In this document: in pieces, positions 36,951-52,184 of the stretch
Position numbering within the stretch: the stretch's first letter is position 1
Layout of the letters: every line of letters begins with the position of its first letter
Assembly (NCBI GenBank): GCA_030770535.1
Contig: JASVEC010000001.1
Span: forward strand, 124,001 to 188,000
Direction: 5' to 3'
Length of the DNA stretch: 64,000 bases
From: Batkoa obscura
Taxonomy: Eukaryota
Program-made: the position numbers and the translations under genes
Notes under the pieces: model-generated
Database searches by the model: none
Told to the model about the DNA's origin: nothing
Seen by the model: the letters and a program-made list of their open reading frames with translations, nothing else

Positions 36951-38847
36951 TTAAACTTCTTCGAATGCAACTTTAAGCTCCTTAGGGTATGTGAGGCCGC
37001 CCGAGCTCAAGATAACTTTATCTTTATGAGGACTATCCTGTGGGAGACTGATCTTATACTTAATTAGTAACATAGCCAACAAGATCTTCTGCTCCATTAA
37101 AGAAAATGAAAGCCCAATGCAACTTCTAGGCCCACCTCCGAATGCATACCAAGCTTTAGTAGCTGATTTGTCAAATTCATAACTAGGCTGATTATCAACT
37201 AATGTCTCCTTGATAAATCTACCTGGATTAAACTCATTAGGCTCTTTCCAATACTTTGGATCATGTAACATAGCATACAAGTTAATGGATACTATTTGAT
37301 TGGGTTTTAAAACAAATCCAGGCTCTAACTCAATTTCATTTTTAGTTACCCGAAATAGCTGTCCAACAGTAGGCTTCAATCGCATAGCTTCATAAATGAT
37401 TGCTAATAAATAATGCATATCTTTTTGCTCTTCTAAATTAGGCGGCCCAGTTCTTTTACCCATGACTCGGATTACTTCTTCTCTTGCTTTTTGTTGAATG
37501 TCCTAAATAATTAATTTAATAAAGTATGACTTTGAAAATTTTATTTTTCCTTGCCTGATGTTTACTAAGATAGTACATAATAAAAGCTAGTGTATTTGCC
37601 GTAGTATCATGCCCAGCAACAAAGAAAATAACTGCATCATCCTAATAAAATAAAAAGTTACATTATTTCATTAATCATTTAAAAGGAACTTACAATCATC
37701 TCCTCTTTTGACAGTAAAGGTTTCCCATCTTCAGTGATATCATTATTCGCTTTTATCATTAAAGTAAGTAAATCCGCTTTTTCATCTTGAATAGCTTCTC
37801 CTTTTTCAATCTTTTCCTTCTTTTGATCTAATACTTCACTAATAAGCTTACGAAATTCTACTACTTTTTTAAGGGCTTCAGTACGTAAACTGAAGATCGG
37901 ATGTTCTAAAATAGGGAAAAACACATAAATAGTCTTTCTCAACTCTTGTGCCACAGAATTATAAAGTGTGACGTATTTTCCATTGGGTTCAGTGATTGCC
38001 TAGCCATATAGTTAGCATTAAATAAGAAAATCAAAACATGGCTATTAAATTACCTTAAAATCAAAATCAAAGATTGATTTACCTAAAGCATCTAAAGTCA
38101 TTCTAAAAAAGAGTGTTATTACTAACCCTATCATTATACAAGTAAAAACCTACCTTTTTAGCAAAGGTAAGATATCAACCTCTCCTTTTTCAAGTTGAAT
38201 TTGATCGATAAATCCTTTCGCACAATCTCCAATAATATCCGATGACCAAGAGCGGTGGAAAGCAGGATTTACTATCTTACGATGACGCTTCCATTCCTAA
38301 ATAGTTGGAAATAAGTTGATTTTTAAACTATAAATTATTATTATTATTATTACCTCTCCAGAAGTAAACACAATGTTATTACCAAATAATTGTTTACCAA
38401 AGGAATATGTTACATTAGAGCGTACAGTTTCTTTTTCGTAGTGTTCTAAAGGTAGTTATAATTAAGTTTGGTTGAAATCAATTATTCATGTAACCCTTCA
38501 CAATCTCTTATTTACCTGTCTGCGTAAAGATCTTTTTAGATAATTCTAAATCACTAACTGATACAATCCATCGATTGATCCAAAACTATTAGAATATTGT
38601 TACTAAATTAGCAATTGATTCCAACAACTATATTTACTTAATAAACTCTTACTTTAATGACTTTGAATTTATACAACATAGGCATAATTAGTTGTTCATT
38701 ACGATCATCACTGGACATACCTTTTAGAAAGGAGACCAAGTATTTATATACCGATACAGAAGGTAAATGGGATACATTAGAAGATGGAATTAATTTCCAT
38801 GCGAATAAAGAGAGTGGGAGAAATAATACTAATAAAAAAGTGTACAT
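36951..38847 (-). CDS. Cytochrome P450, about 8 exons
   Basis: N-terminal TM anchor, WKRHRK, AGHDTT, EAMR (ExxR), FNPGRF, heme motif FGGGPRSCIG. Confidence 0.92.
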
Positions 38848-39377
38848 CTTTTGTAAAAAAGTTAATTCATGACAGTTAAACTCAATTCTTATATACTTTT
38901 TTAAGTAATGGTGTGGTAATATACTGAAGTTTATATAATGAGGTTCTTAATGGGTGTTTTTAAACGGGTGTGTTGGATAAGTAAAAAAGTTTGTATGTTA
39001 AAGATTTTTGTTTTAATAAAATAACAAAAAACAATTAATGGAACGGGACTAGATTTATTAGATGTAAAAAGTAAACCAACAAAGATATTGTGTGATATAT
39101 AGCATATAGTATATTATATATATCATATGAAAAATAATGTGATTCAATATCAAATTCTAAAACCGTAATTATTTTTAAAACCTAATTGAATGATTCGATC
39201 ACCAAAATGATAAACTTGGCTAAACCTTATTCAATCCAGTTACATCAGCTCTCAATTTTATCAATACAAATTTTAAACTAAAATATAAAACTTACTGTCA
39301 AAAATTAAAATTTCCATATAATTCATAAAATAATGTTCTCTAATTAAACAACATTTATCTGCACAGTTTTTATTACT

Positions 39378-41217
39378 TTATAACTCTTCAAACTGTAACT
39401 TAAGGTCTTTGGGATGAGTCAACCCAGCACTATTAACAAGGATATCATTTTCATAAGGGCTATCTTTAGGAAGATAAAACTTAAACTTGGTTAGCAACAT
39501 TGATAAAAGAATCTTTTGTTCCATTAAAGAGAATGAAAGTCCAATGCAACTTCTAGGCCCACCACCAAAAGCAAACCAAGCTTTAGTTGCTGATTTATCA
39601 AACTCATAGCTTAGCTGATCGTTGACCAACGTCTCCTTGATAAATCTACCTGGATTAAACTCATTAGGCTCTTTCCAATACTTTGGATCATGTAACATAG
39701 CATACAAGTTAATGGAAACTAATTGCCCAGGCTTCATGATAATTCCTTGATCAATTTCCACTTCAGTATTTACTTTACGGAACAACTGGGCAACGGTTGG
39801 TTTAATTCTCATGGCCTCATAAATGATAGCTAATAGATAGTGCATCTCTTTTTGTTCTTCTAAATTAGGTGATCCAGTTCTTTTACCCATGACTCGCATC
39901 ACTTCTTCTCTCGCTTTTTGTTGAATGTCCTGAATGAATAATTTAATAAATCGCTGTTGTAATTAATTTAGTTTATCTTTTACCTGATACTTACTAAGAT
40001 AATACAAAATAAAAGCCAGAGTATTTGCAGTGGTATCATGTCCAGCAACGAAAAATATAACTGTATCATTCTAGGTTCATTTAATAATTAAACCATCATT
40101 ATTACTATTGATTTACTATTATTTCCTCATTGGATAGCAATGGTTCCCCATCTTCCATGATGAACATATTTGCTTTTACCATAAGAGTAAGCAAATCTGC
40201 TTTAGATTCATCTACTTCTCCACCACTTTGAAGCTCTTTTTTTTTTTGTTCTAATACTTCACTGATAAGCGCTCGAAATTCAGTTACTCTAGCGTGTGCA
40301 TTGGCCCTTATATTAAGGATAGGACTTTCCAAAAAGGGCAGAAAAGCGTACACAACTTTACGAAACTCTTGCATTAATGATGTGTAAATTTTAACGTACT
40401 TACCTTCAGGTTGTTCAACAGCCTAATATTAAACTTAGATTTGAATTATTAACGATAAATATGCTCTACCTTAAAATCAAAATTAAAGATAGCTTTACCT
40501 AACGCATCGAGGGTCATCCTTAACAATATAACTTAATATGTTATAATCATCAATTTTTTTTACCTTTTAAGAAAGGATAATATTTCAATAGGTTCTTTTT
40601 CCAACTGGATTTTATCAAGTAAAACTTCACAACAATTTCCAACCAATTCAGTAGACCAAGAACGATGAAAGGCAGGGTTAGCCGCTTTACGATGACGCTT
40701 CCATTCCTAAAATGATAAAAAATTCAGCCACTTGCTATAGTTTCTAGTTTTATGACTCACCTCCCCAGAAGTAAATACAATATTGCTGCCGAATAATCTA
40801 GCACCTACCGTATGCTCAGCACCAGCACGTAGAGTATCTTTTTCGTAAATATCTAATCAAATGAACTACTGTGAATTTAAATCTATGATCTTAAATTTAC
40901 TTGTTTTATTGAAGATTTCTTTGGCTCTTACAGTGTCTGAAATTACTACTATCCACCGGTTTAGCCAGAACTGTAAAAAGTGACGTTAGTATGTTTGATT
41001 ATTTTTATTGCTATCAAAATAACTTAGTAATTCCGTGTTTATATAAAATAGGTAAAACTAATCTTTCAGATCTTTTGTCATTGGGCTCTTGGTTTATAAA
41101 AGAAAGCAAGAAAGGAATCAAAGGTACGGAGGGTATTTTATACAAATTGGAAGGTGGAAGTAGTTTCCAAACAAGAAGAGCAACTACGATTGATGTGAAG
41201 AATAAAATATAAATCAT
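39378..41217 (-). CDS. Cytochrome P450, tandem paralogue, about 8 exons
   Basis: Same motifs and intron positions as 36951-38847. Confidence 0.92.
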
Positions 41218-41536
41218 TTTTAGTTAAAAATGAGATTATACCTTTTGATAAGTATTTATAGTTGTTGGTTAAGTAAGAGTGAGATAATGAAGCACAGTGA
41301 ATGAATCAGGGTTTAGCTCTTTATAGGAATATAGTTCATGCTGCTTAGGTTGAGTAACAAGTTTTAAATTTATTTCGGATTTAGATCGTACACTCTTTAT
41401 CTGAAACAAATTTTATTGTAAAACTTAAGGCATTTTTTCCTTTATTATCTAAAATTAAACCTGTGATCAAAAACATAAATCTTATTTTTAAAATTGCTTT
41501 TCAGATACTATTAATTAAAATTTAATGTAATCTTTC

Positions 41537-41630
41537 TTTTAGTCCAAAAGTTTTTTAAATTAAATGCAGCTGTAATAAATAATATTAAAATTAGGTAGCT
41601 ACATTTAATTTAAGAAAACTTTGGTTTAAA
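41537..41630. repeat. Short imperfect inverted repeat (~35-bp arms)
   Basis: ccaaaagttttttaaattaaatgcagct versus agctacatttaatttaagaaaactttgg. Confidence 0.55.
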
Positions 41631-42210
41631 AATAAATAGCCACGTTTAGCTTTAATTAGCACCATAAGTACATAATTAGATCCTGACAACCTAAAATTCC
41701 GTCATCTCACAAAATATTTTAGTGCTATAATCTTTGATTTAATTTGCATTTATCTTATTTTAAACTGAAATTAGATCATTAGAGCACAGCATTCATATAA
41801 TAAATTAAAACTACCTTTAAAACCTTCAGCTTTAATTACTATTTCAATTAAGCTTGGTTAAAAGATTTATCTACCTCTAGCTATTTTTCCCAACAATAGC
41901 TGTAAATCCAAGTTTATTTTCCAATATTAAAAGATTTGTAACCTTAGATAATACTATTAGGTATTTTAGCTTCATAAAAATTGAAAATTTAATAAACATT
42001 TCAATGAGCTAATTTGATACTCATTACTAAAAACTTTTTTGTAAATAGTACTTTATTACATTCTTTTTTGAATAAGAAATTTAGGACTAGTTGCATTTAG
42101 ATATAAATCTAATGATTATATTAGTAGCTGCATTTTACATTTCCATGAAAGAAATTAATAACAATTTAGTATAAAAACATTTAAATCCAATGCAATTCTA
42201 ATAAAATTTA

Positions 42211-42281
42211 TGTCATTGGGGGGAATCGAACCCCCGCTATCGCGGCCACAACGCGGCGTACTACCACTATACTACAATGAC
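42211..42281 (-). tRNA. tRNA-His(GTG)
   Basis: Cloverleaf: acceptor GTCATTG/CAATGAC, anticodon loop TTGTGGC, T-loop TTCGATT. Confidence 0.95.
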
Positions 42282-42392
42282 TTCGATGTTGATCTAATTA
42301 TTAGAGCAATTATATATTGCCTTCTTTGCTTAAAATTTTTCTCCAAAATGGGGGCTCAAAGAGGAAAAATGCTGAAACCAAAAGTACATCTA

Positions 42393-42464
42393 CTTCCTCA
42401 CGGGGAATCGAACCCCGGCCGTTCCGGTGAAAGCGGAAAATCCTAACCACTGGACCATGAAGAA
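42393..42464 (-). tRNA. tRNA-Glu(TTC)
   Basis: Anticodon arm TTCCG-CTTTCAC-CGGAA, T-arm CGGGG-TTCGATT-CCCCG; identical to 58704-58775. Confidence 0.95.
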
Positions 42465-42589
42465 AGCTACTTACTAAGCTTAGATGATAAGTATTATTTA
42501 TTATATTTTATAACAGCCAAAACAAATAGGCATGTTTATTTAAGTAAAAATTCAGAGTCTTGTTATTTTGAAAATAAAAGTTAATGGTA

Positions 42590-43427
42590 ATTCGATTTTT
42601 TTATTTTGATTAACATGTTTTAGACAATGACTTTTTAGTATATCTTTGAATATTTAAATCTAACATTATTTTTATTTAAATATTAATAGTTGCTATAAAT
42701 AAAAAATAGTAATAACTTTAAATAATATTTAAATATAATTTTATTAATTGACTTCAAAAGGGAAAATTAGTTAAAAACGTATCTTTCTGATACAATATCG
42801 CAAAGTCTGCTTTATTGTTGTTTCTACTCTATTACCAACAATACAATGACTGATTACATTAACGTTTAAAAAGATCAGTGTAAATATTGGTAAACTACGG
42901 ACTTAAACAGTTAATGGTTGATATTTTAATAAAATAATATGCAGTACCTTTAACCTTCAATACTAATGAGCTGAATTAATATAAGTAGATTTCAATTTAA
43001 TAAAGAGCTCAAAATTAATTTCACCTTATTTTCAATAGTTACAAGTAGTTTATCATGTCTTATTTATATAGTTCACATCTACTTTAAATCAATTCATCCC
43101 AGTTCGTTCTATCGGAATGGTATCGTATTAGTATAAATCAAATATTCTTAAACGTTAATGTAATCAGTCATTGTATTGTTGGTAATAGAGTAGAAACAAC
43201 AATAAAGCAGACTTTGCGATATTGTATCAGAAAGATACGTTTTTAACTAATTTTCCCTTTTGAAGTCAATTAATAAAATTATATTTAAATATTATTTAAA
43301 GTTATTACTATTTTTTATTTATAGCAACTATTAATATTTAAATAAAAATAATGTTAGATTTAAATATTCAAAGATATACTAAAAAGTCATTGTCTAAAAC
43401 ATGTTAATCAAAATAAAAAAATCGAAT
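42590..43427. repeat. Apparently perfect 280-bp inverted repeat (42590-42869 and 43148-43427) with 278-bp spacer
   Basis: Arms are reverse complements with no mismatch or indel seen by eye. Confidence 0.92.
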
Positions 43428-45157
43428 AAGCACAACATTGTCACGTTCTTAACAAAAACACATCAAGTATTGTTGAAAAAGGTAAGGGGTCATATTTAAA
43501 AAGAAAGAATTAATTGCTAATCTTAACGAGGATTTATTTATTATCACAACTATTCGATAAAATAATTTTAAGCAAGAATTAGTCAATATGTTTGACAGTT
43601 TACGAATGAAAGATTTATATATTATTATTGATAATATTGATAATCAACTAATAACAAGCATACGTTACTCATTTACTCAACGAAAGCTATCACTGAAACA
43701 AAAAAAACTTCTAAGTAGTGGAGATCCAAAGAATCAAATTGATATAGTATTTATAGTGGATCCCTATCAACTTTTAGAAAAAGAAAGGTTTTTTTAGCCA
43801 TATTAAGTATTTGAATTTTTTTGACAGAGAAATATTCAATTCTTATCTCCCTATTTATGATATATAGGCCATATTCATAGAATCTAGGGATTCTGGAATC
43901 ATTAAAGGAGGTATTAAAAGATACAGCTTTTTTATTATATAGGTCAAGGGAGAAAGTGATGAGTATTTATTATTTTAGTGTTCCGTTAATAAGGTTAACT
44001 TCTACTGTTAATTAACTGATAAATTTGCTTGTAATTATAAAATATTAATCGCTAATGAAGATTATTATAGGAGACCTTGGAGGTAATATAATTATTTCTA
44101 CCTCATCTAATCATAGTGATGGGGACGTTTTTTCTGGTTTCATCATTTTTCTATCTTTTAAGCACTATTTGAGTGGAAAAATTGCTAGTAAAGCTCTTAA
44201 ACAAAAAAATACATCTTCTGATTTTGCTGTATCAAACTATAAAACGGGATATACTTTCACAGAAGTTAGGAATGAATGTGATGATTCATATTCCAATTAT
44301 GGTTCGGATATTGATGATATTAAAAATATTAAGAGGAAACTTTGGTTGAGTAAAATAATACTGCCATAAGAGAAGAAAGTAATCTTATTTTATTATCATT
44401 ATGTCTTTGGTACAATTTAAAAATAGACCTTTTAAAGCTAACTTTACTTCATATGGTAAATTTAATAGGTGGTATTATGTAATTAGTATCTCTGAAACGA
44501 AAGGATATAATAGTGTTTCAATTAAAAATGATAATGTATTTATTCCCTAAAAATCAGCTAACGGTATGAGTTATGTGTTTATGATTATTCTAATGTTACT
44601 CATAGATTCAAAATTAAGAAAATCATATCTTAAGCATTAAAAGTGTAAAAAAATACCAGATAGTTGTCCATTAAGAATGATGACTTTCATTACTTTACAT
44701 GAGTACAAAACCAAAAACAAAAATAACTTTAAAGGTGAAAGTTGTTTCTTATATTCTACTTGGGGTGATCATAATAATAAAAGATATCTACTAACAAATA
44801 AATTTTGTACTATGAGAAATATGACTTCAACTAAGTTTTATAGAGTATCTAAAAAATCTCTTTAGTTGAATTATCTTAACAAATTAAATATCATTGATAG
44901 GTCAATTATTAATAAAAAATACTGTAACGCTAATATTAGCTTAATTCCTTTGGATTTTGGTCGTTTTCGTAGGAATCTAGTTGTTTGAAGATAGCAAGTT
45001 TATAATTAAAGGAGTTTAATCATGAATTTAAATTAAGTTTAAATAATATTAGTTCTTATTATTCTGGTAATCAGATACTTAAGTACAATTGGTTACACTA
45101 GAAATTAAGAAAGATGATAATCAATTATTGTTTTCAGAAAAGAAATCTATTGTTTAA
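43428..45157 (+). pseudogene. Pseudogene of the M64 metallopeptidase, MITE-interrupted
   Basis: Collinear with 11972-13839 (SGDPKNQIDIVF, GGNIIISTSS, CTMRNMTS, LLFSEKK); many stops and frameshifts; HEMGH reads YKTGY. Confidence 0.9.
44121..44218 (-). mobile_element. ~99-bp MITE inside the M64 pseudogene, TSD TGAT
   Basis: Flanked by TGAT/TGAT; removing it restores alignment to the intact paralogue. Confidence 0.92.
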
Positions 45158-45747
45158 TAAAGTGATTATTCGCTGTAGTATATTATAATATTTAAAAAAA
45201 TTCTAATAATTGTTTTAAAACTATTAGTAACAAAAGTTCACTCATAAAATATTAAATTCATTGATTTAATTGATGATATGTATATTAATAGAAATTAGAT
45301 ATTTAATATGACTATTTCAATTCTTTTAAAACCATATAAATTATTTTCGTCTTAAATTAAGATACCATATTAATATCTCTAAATCATATCTTCCTTTTAA
45401 ATGCATAATCAAAAAGATATTTCTTTTTGATATTTTTTTTGATACTTTTTTCAATTTTTAACTTGATAAAAGTGGACAAATTATCAAAACAAAAAGATAC
45501 CCCTTTTTCTTTATTAATTTTCACCTTTTTCCAATTTTATTTACAACTAAATAAATTTTAGCAATTAGTTGTTCTTTAACTATTGGTTAACATTTATAAT
45601 TTAAAAGCCAAGTAAGCAAAAATCATTGGCCTTTGTTCCCACCAATCAAATTTCAACTAACAACAATGATAACAAAATTAAGAAATCAAACTATCAATTC
45701 TAAATTTAATAAACAAAAAAATAAACAATTTTTTTAAATTTAAATAA

Positions 45748-48317
<2,570 letters not shown>

Positions 48318-48490
48318 ATTATCATTTTTTTATATTAATAAAATATGAGTTCTTTTTTATATTTGTTTTTTTTTAAATAACTTTGATTGTTTATATTGTA
48401 GCCAATTAAAATCAAAATATAACTGAATAGAAATTTGTTTAATTTCTAAGTGATTTTTAAAAAATTGTTTTTTTTGTATCAATTTTAAAA

Positions 48491-49066
48491 ATGAGTGAAG
48501 TAAATCCTAATCAACGTAATAAAGAAAATGAAAAGAAAGAATTTGTAGTAGAAGAACCATTGGATTTAGTTAAGTTATCTTTAGATGAGCGTATTTATAT
48601 TAAAATGCGTGGGGATAGAGAATTAAAAGGGAGATTACATGTAAGTTTAGAAGATTTAAATTATTTATTTTTTGGATTAAAAGAGACAAAGAAGAATTGA
48701 AATTTTTTATAAAGATAAAAGATGCACAGTAGAAATGGTATTTATATTCGATATTAATATTTAACTTTTTTAGGCTTATGATCAACATATGAATATGGTA
48801 ATTGGAGATGTTGAAGAAACTATAACAGTAGTTGAATTTAATAAAATTACAGAAGCAGAAAGTGTTAGGGTAAGTTTTTTTTTACAAAAAACTACAAAGA
48901 ATAAGATGTTAATTGTCTAATTTTTTTATATAGAACATTCATAGAAAATTTGAGCTATTATTTGTTCGTGGAGATGGGGTCATTTTGGTAAACTTTAAGT
49001 TCAATTGTCTTTTTTGATTTAACTGATGAATGTGTTTAGGTTTCTCCTCCTTCAAGGGTTAATTAA
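48491..49066 (+). CDS. LSM3: U6 snRNA-associated Sm-like protein Lsm3, 4 exons
   Basis: [30 protein letters not shown] | [16 protein letters not shown]... | [11 protein letters not shown] | VSPP. Confidence 0.95.
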
Positions 49067-49454
49067 AAGTTTATTTGATTATGTAGATATTGTTTTGTTT
49101 TTGTTTTTCATTTGAGTCAATTTTAGTTTATTTTTATAAAATTATATATAGCGAATTAATAGCTTAGAATAAATAGTTAACTAGATTGTATCAATTTTAT
49201 AGGAGCTCATCTATTTGAAGTCAAAAATTCAAAACAAGCTATTTTATTAAAGTAAAAGAAAGAAAATTTAATGTAAGGTTGATATTCATATTGAATTAGG
49301 AAAAATAAAACCATTAGTTTATATCTAACTTAAGTTCTCAATGATAATAGTAATAAATAATTTATTAAAATGTTAATAAGGTTTTATTTTATTTTTATTT
49401 TTATTTTTGTGACATTCTATTACTTTAATTCTATAACAGGTACCTAACCCATAA

Positions 49455-49552
49455 GGAGATGTATTTTTTTGTTTAAGAATTTTACTAGCAATTTTTCCAC
49501 TTAAATAGCGCTTAAAAAAATGGAAAAAGTGATGAAACCAAAAAACACCCTC
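49455..49552 (+). mobile_element. ~99-bp MITE, TSD ATAA
   Basis: GGAGATG...CACCCTC flanked by ATAA/ATAA. Confidence 0.9.
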
Positions 49553-49724
49553 ATAAGTTACCAAAATTTCAATAAACAAGTATATTTTATCATCGAACTT
49601 TGTTAAATCAAGATGATATTTATTTGAAGTTGATATTACATATTAGCAAAAGCTGATTGAAATACAATGCTACGAATATTGAAAATAGGATTAAATAAAA
49701 AACACATGTTATGGTATTTAAATA

Positions 49725-49796
49725 CTCCCCATCAGGGAATCGAACCCTGGCCATCACGGTGAGAGCGTGAGATCCTAACCACTGGACCAATGAGGA
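49725..49796 (-). tRNA. tRNA-Glu(CTC)
   Basis: Acceptor TCCTCAT/ATGGGGA, anticodon arm TCACG-CTCTCAC-CGTGA, T-loop TTCGATT. Confidence 0.95.
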
Positions 49797-50108
49797 AGCT
49801 TTTTCATTTTGATAAAAAATCAAATTTAAAATAATTTTTAACCGATTTCTAATTATCTTTAAAGCATTAAAAAGCTTATTTTGACCAAATTTTAAAATCT
49901 TTTGAAAGGGAATAAAGACCAAGGAGATTTGGGTTCAAATGGAGTATATTCGGTATTCATTAGATAAGAAATCAAAATAATCATTTATGATTCAAATACT
50001 TTTATATTTATAAATTTTGTTTATATTTACTATAGTTACAGTTTTAATATTTCCTGTACTTCTTTCAACAATTTTCAAAGCTTAAACTTGTAATTTAAAA
50101 ATAACTTT

Positions 50109-50201
50109 TGGGATGTCTTTTTTGCTTAAGAAATTTACTAACAATTTTTCTTCAATAGCACTTGGAAAATGGAAGAAGTGATGAAACCAAAAAAAACACT
50201 C
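50109..50201 (+). mobile_element. Decayed ~99-bp MITE upstream of the Zn2Cys6 gene
   Basis: gggatgtcttttttgcttaagaaatttactaacaa...gtgatgaaaccaaaaaaaacactc. Confidence 0.8.
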
Positions 50202-50435
50202 ATTTTATTACTATTATCCTAATCCACTGTTCATTTAAAGCCAAGTTTGTAGTTACTAAATTAATATTAGTTCCTTTCATAATCCGATCCTTATTATCTG
50301 ATTGGATATTCTAACCCTCAAAAGAGTCAAGCTGCATAATATATTATGTTTAACATTTAGTTATTAAAGTATAATTTAATTATTTTTACTTTTTTTCTAA
50401 TTTTAATCATTTTTTAAACACTTATTATTTTCATT

Positions 50436-52184
50436 ATGATATCTAAAAACCCGAGTTATCAACCATCAATTAATAAATTTTCTATTGACAGTAAATTATC
50501 TCATATCCCTTGTTTCAATTGTCGACGAGCTAAAAGGAAATGTAGCCGGAGTTTACCCAATTGTGATAGATGTTTATTAAAAGGATTAAGTTGTTGTTAT
50601 CAAGATGATAAGCCGAAGAAAGAAAGTAATGTAAGCAGCGGAGAGGTGTTGAGTTTTAAACAGTATCAAAATAGGGAAGGCGTGAAGGATATAGAGAGAA
50701 GGAAGAGTGAGGATAGATATAAGAGTTATCAGTTTAAAGTTGAACAAGTAACGTTAAGCTCGAAGAATAATATGGAAAGTTGGAGACCAGTTAATTTACT
50801 CAAAAAGATACTATGTAAGTCCAAAATTGACAGGAATGAACGATTATTTATTAAAAGGGATGGGGATATTGAATATTATGGTTCAAATATTTTTGGAAAT
50901 ATTATTACTATATTTCATACATTAAAAAAAGGGGATAATAAAGTATTAAATAAAATTAATTTAATTAGTAGTAAAACCAATTTAATTCAACCATATAGAC
51001 AATTAATTATGAATCGAGAGTATCTCATTAATGAAGCTATTGAAGCTTATTTTGAACATTATAATCCTTATTTAAATTATATGGATGAAACTATATTTAA
51101 AAAAGATGCTAATTCTTTATTGAAAAATGTTGTGACTATTATTGGATTGAAGTATTTAAATCAGGGACAAATAGATCAAGATATTGCAAAATGGTTAGGT
51201 CAACAAATTCAAGAAGAATTAAAAATTCAATTTTATAAACCGTCCTTATCTTTAGTAATTACATTAACACTAGTATCGCAATTTATTGGTATACCAGGAT
51301 TATTCAAAGCAGCTTATTTATTTACTGGAGTAGCTAGTAGAATGGCCCAAAATTTAGGGTTACATCAATTGCCTAAAAATCATTTAAGGTTATCAAAAGA
51401 TTATTTAAGAATGCGATATTCAACTTGGCAAATGTGTTGGTTTAATGAAAAAATGCATGCTTTATTATTAAATCGACCGACTATTATTACAGATAATTTA
51501 CCTTCTTTTTCATTTCAAGAACCAGATCCTTTACCTCCACTTAGTTCTTTAGGTACTAAAACGGAATATAAATTAGCAAGAAATGCTATATCATTAACTT
51601 ATTATATCAATTTAATTAAATTAGGGACTTTAATTGGTTTATATTTTGCCTGTGTTAAAGTCCATTTCCCAGCTAATCTAGAAAAAGCTCCACATCTTTG
51701 TTTAATTATGTTAAAAAGAATGTCAGATTGGTATCGAGATTTAGTTTATTCTATGAAAAATATATGGCATCGACAACCACTTTGGGTTTATGATTTATCT
51801 CAACATTTTTCAAGTTATAGTTTAATATTATATCATTGTATAAGATTACATTTATTAAATTATTTTTTAAAATCAGAAGATATATTAAAAAAGTATGGTT
51901 TTATTAAAGAGATTATTTATTCTTCAACAAGTATTATTTTAATTGCTGAGAAATTAAAGGAGGCATACTTTCAAAATGGGACTACTAATAGATTCTTTTG
52001 TTTATGTTGTGCTATATTAAGTTTAAATTACTTATGTCAAAGTAAAGAGAAAGAGGTTGTAGAACAATGTCAACCTCTTTTGATTAAAGCAATTAGGATT
52101 TTATATAATGCTAGATTTAAGTTCCCTATTGTTGAAGATTTCTTTTACTTGATTCCGGAGGTAGTAAATATGAAAACTAATTAA
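50436..52184 (+). CDS. Zn(II)2Cys6 fungal transcription factor with middle homology region, 582 aa
   Basis: CFNCRRAKRKCSRSLPNCDRCLLKGLSC; YFEHYNP, ASRMAQNLGLH, RYSTWQ..W, RP. Confidence 0.93.
   Translation: MISKNPSYQPSINKFSIDSKLSHIPCFNCRRAKRKCSRSLPNCDRCLLKGLSCCYQDDKPKKESNVSSGEVLSFKQYQNREGVKDIERRKSEDRYKSYQFKVEQVTLSSKNNMESWRPVNLLKKILCKSKIDRNERLFIKRDGDIEYYGSNIFGNIITIFHTLKKGDNKVLNKINLISSKTNLIQPYRQLIMNREYLINEAIEAYFEHYNPYLNYMDETIFKKDANSLLKNVVTIIGLKYLNQGQIDQDIAKWLGQQIQEELKIQFYKPSLSLVITLTLVSQFIGIPGLFKAAYLFTGVASRMAQNLGLHQLPKNHLRLSKDYLRMRYSTWQMCWFNEKMHALLLNRPTIITDNLPSFSFQEPDPLPPLSSLGTKTEYKLARNAISLTYYINLIKLGTLIGLYFACVKVHFPANLEKAPHLCLIMLKRMSDWYRDLVYSMKNIWHRQPLWVYDLSQHFSSYSLILYHCIRLHLLNYFLKSEDILKKYGFIKEIIYSSTSIILIAEKLKEAYFQNGTTNRFFCLCCAILSLNYLCQSKEKEVVEQCQPLLIKAIRILYNARFKFPIVEDFFYLIPEVVNMKTN

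Noticed and set aside
42210..42446. 78-aa ORF (and 49620-49922)
   Set aside because: These overlap tRNA genes; spurious translations.
49373..49579. Short ORFs containing FFKRYL/KHYLSGKIASK (also 14346-14564 and part of 44055-44369)
   Set aside because: The shared peptide is just the translated MITE.
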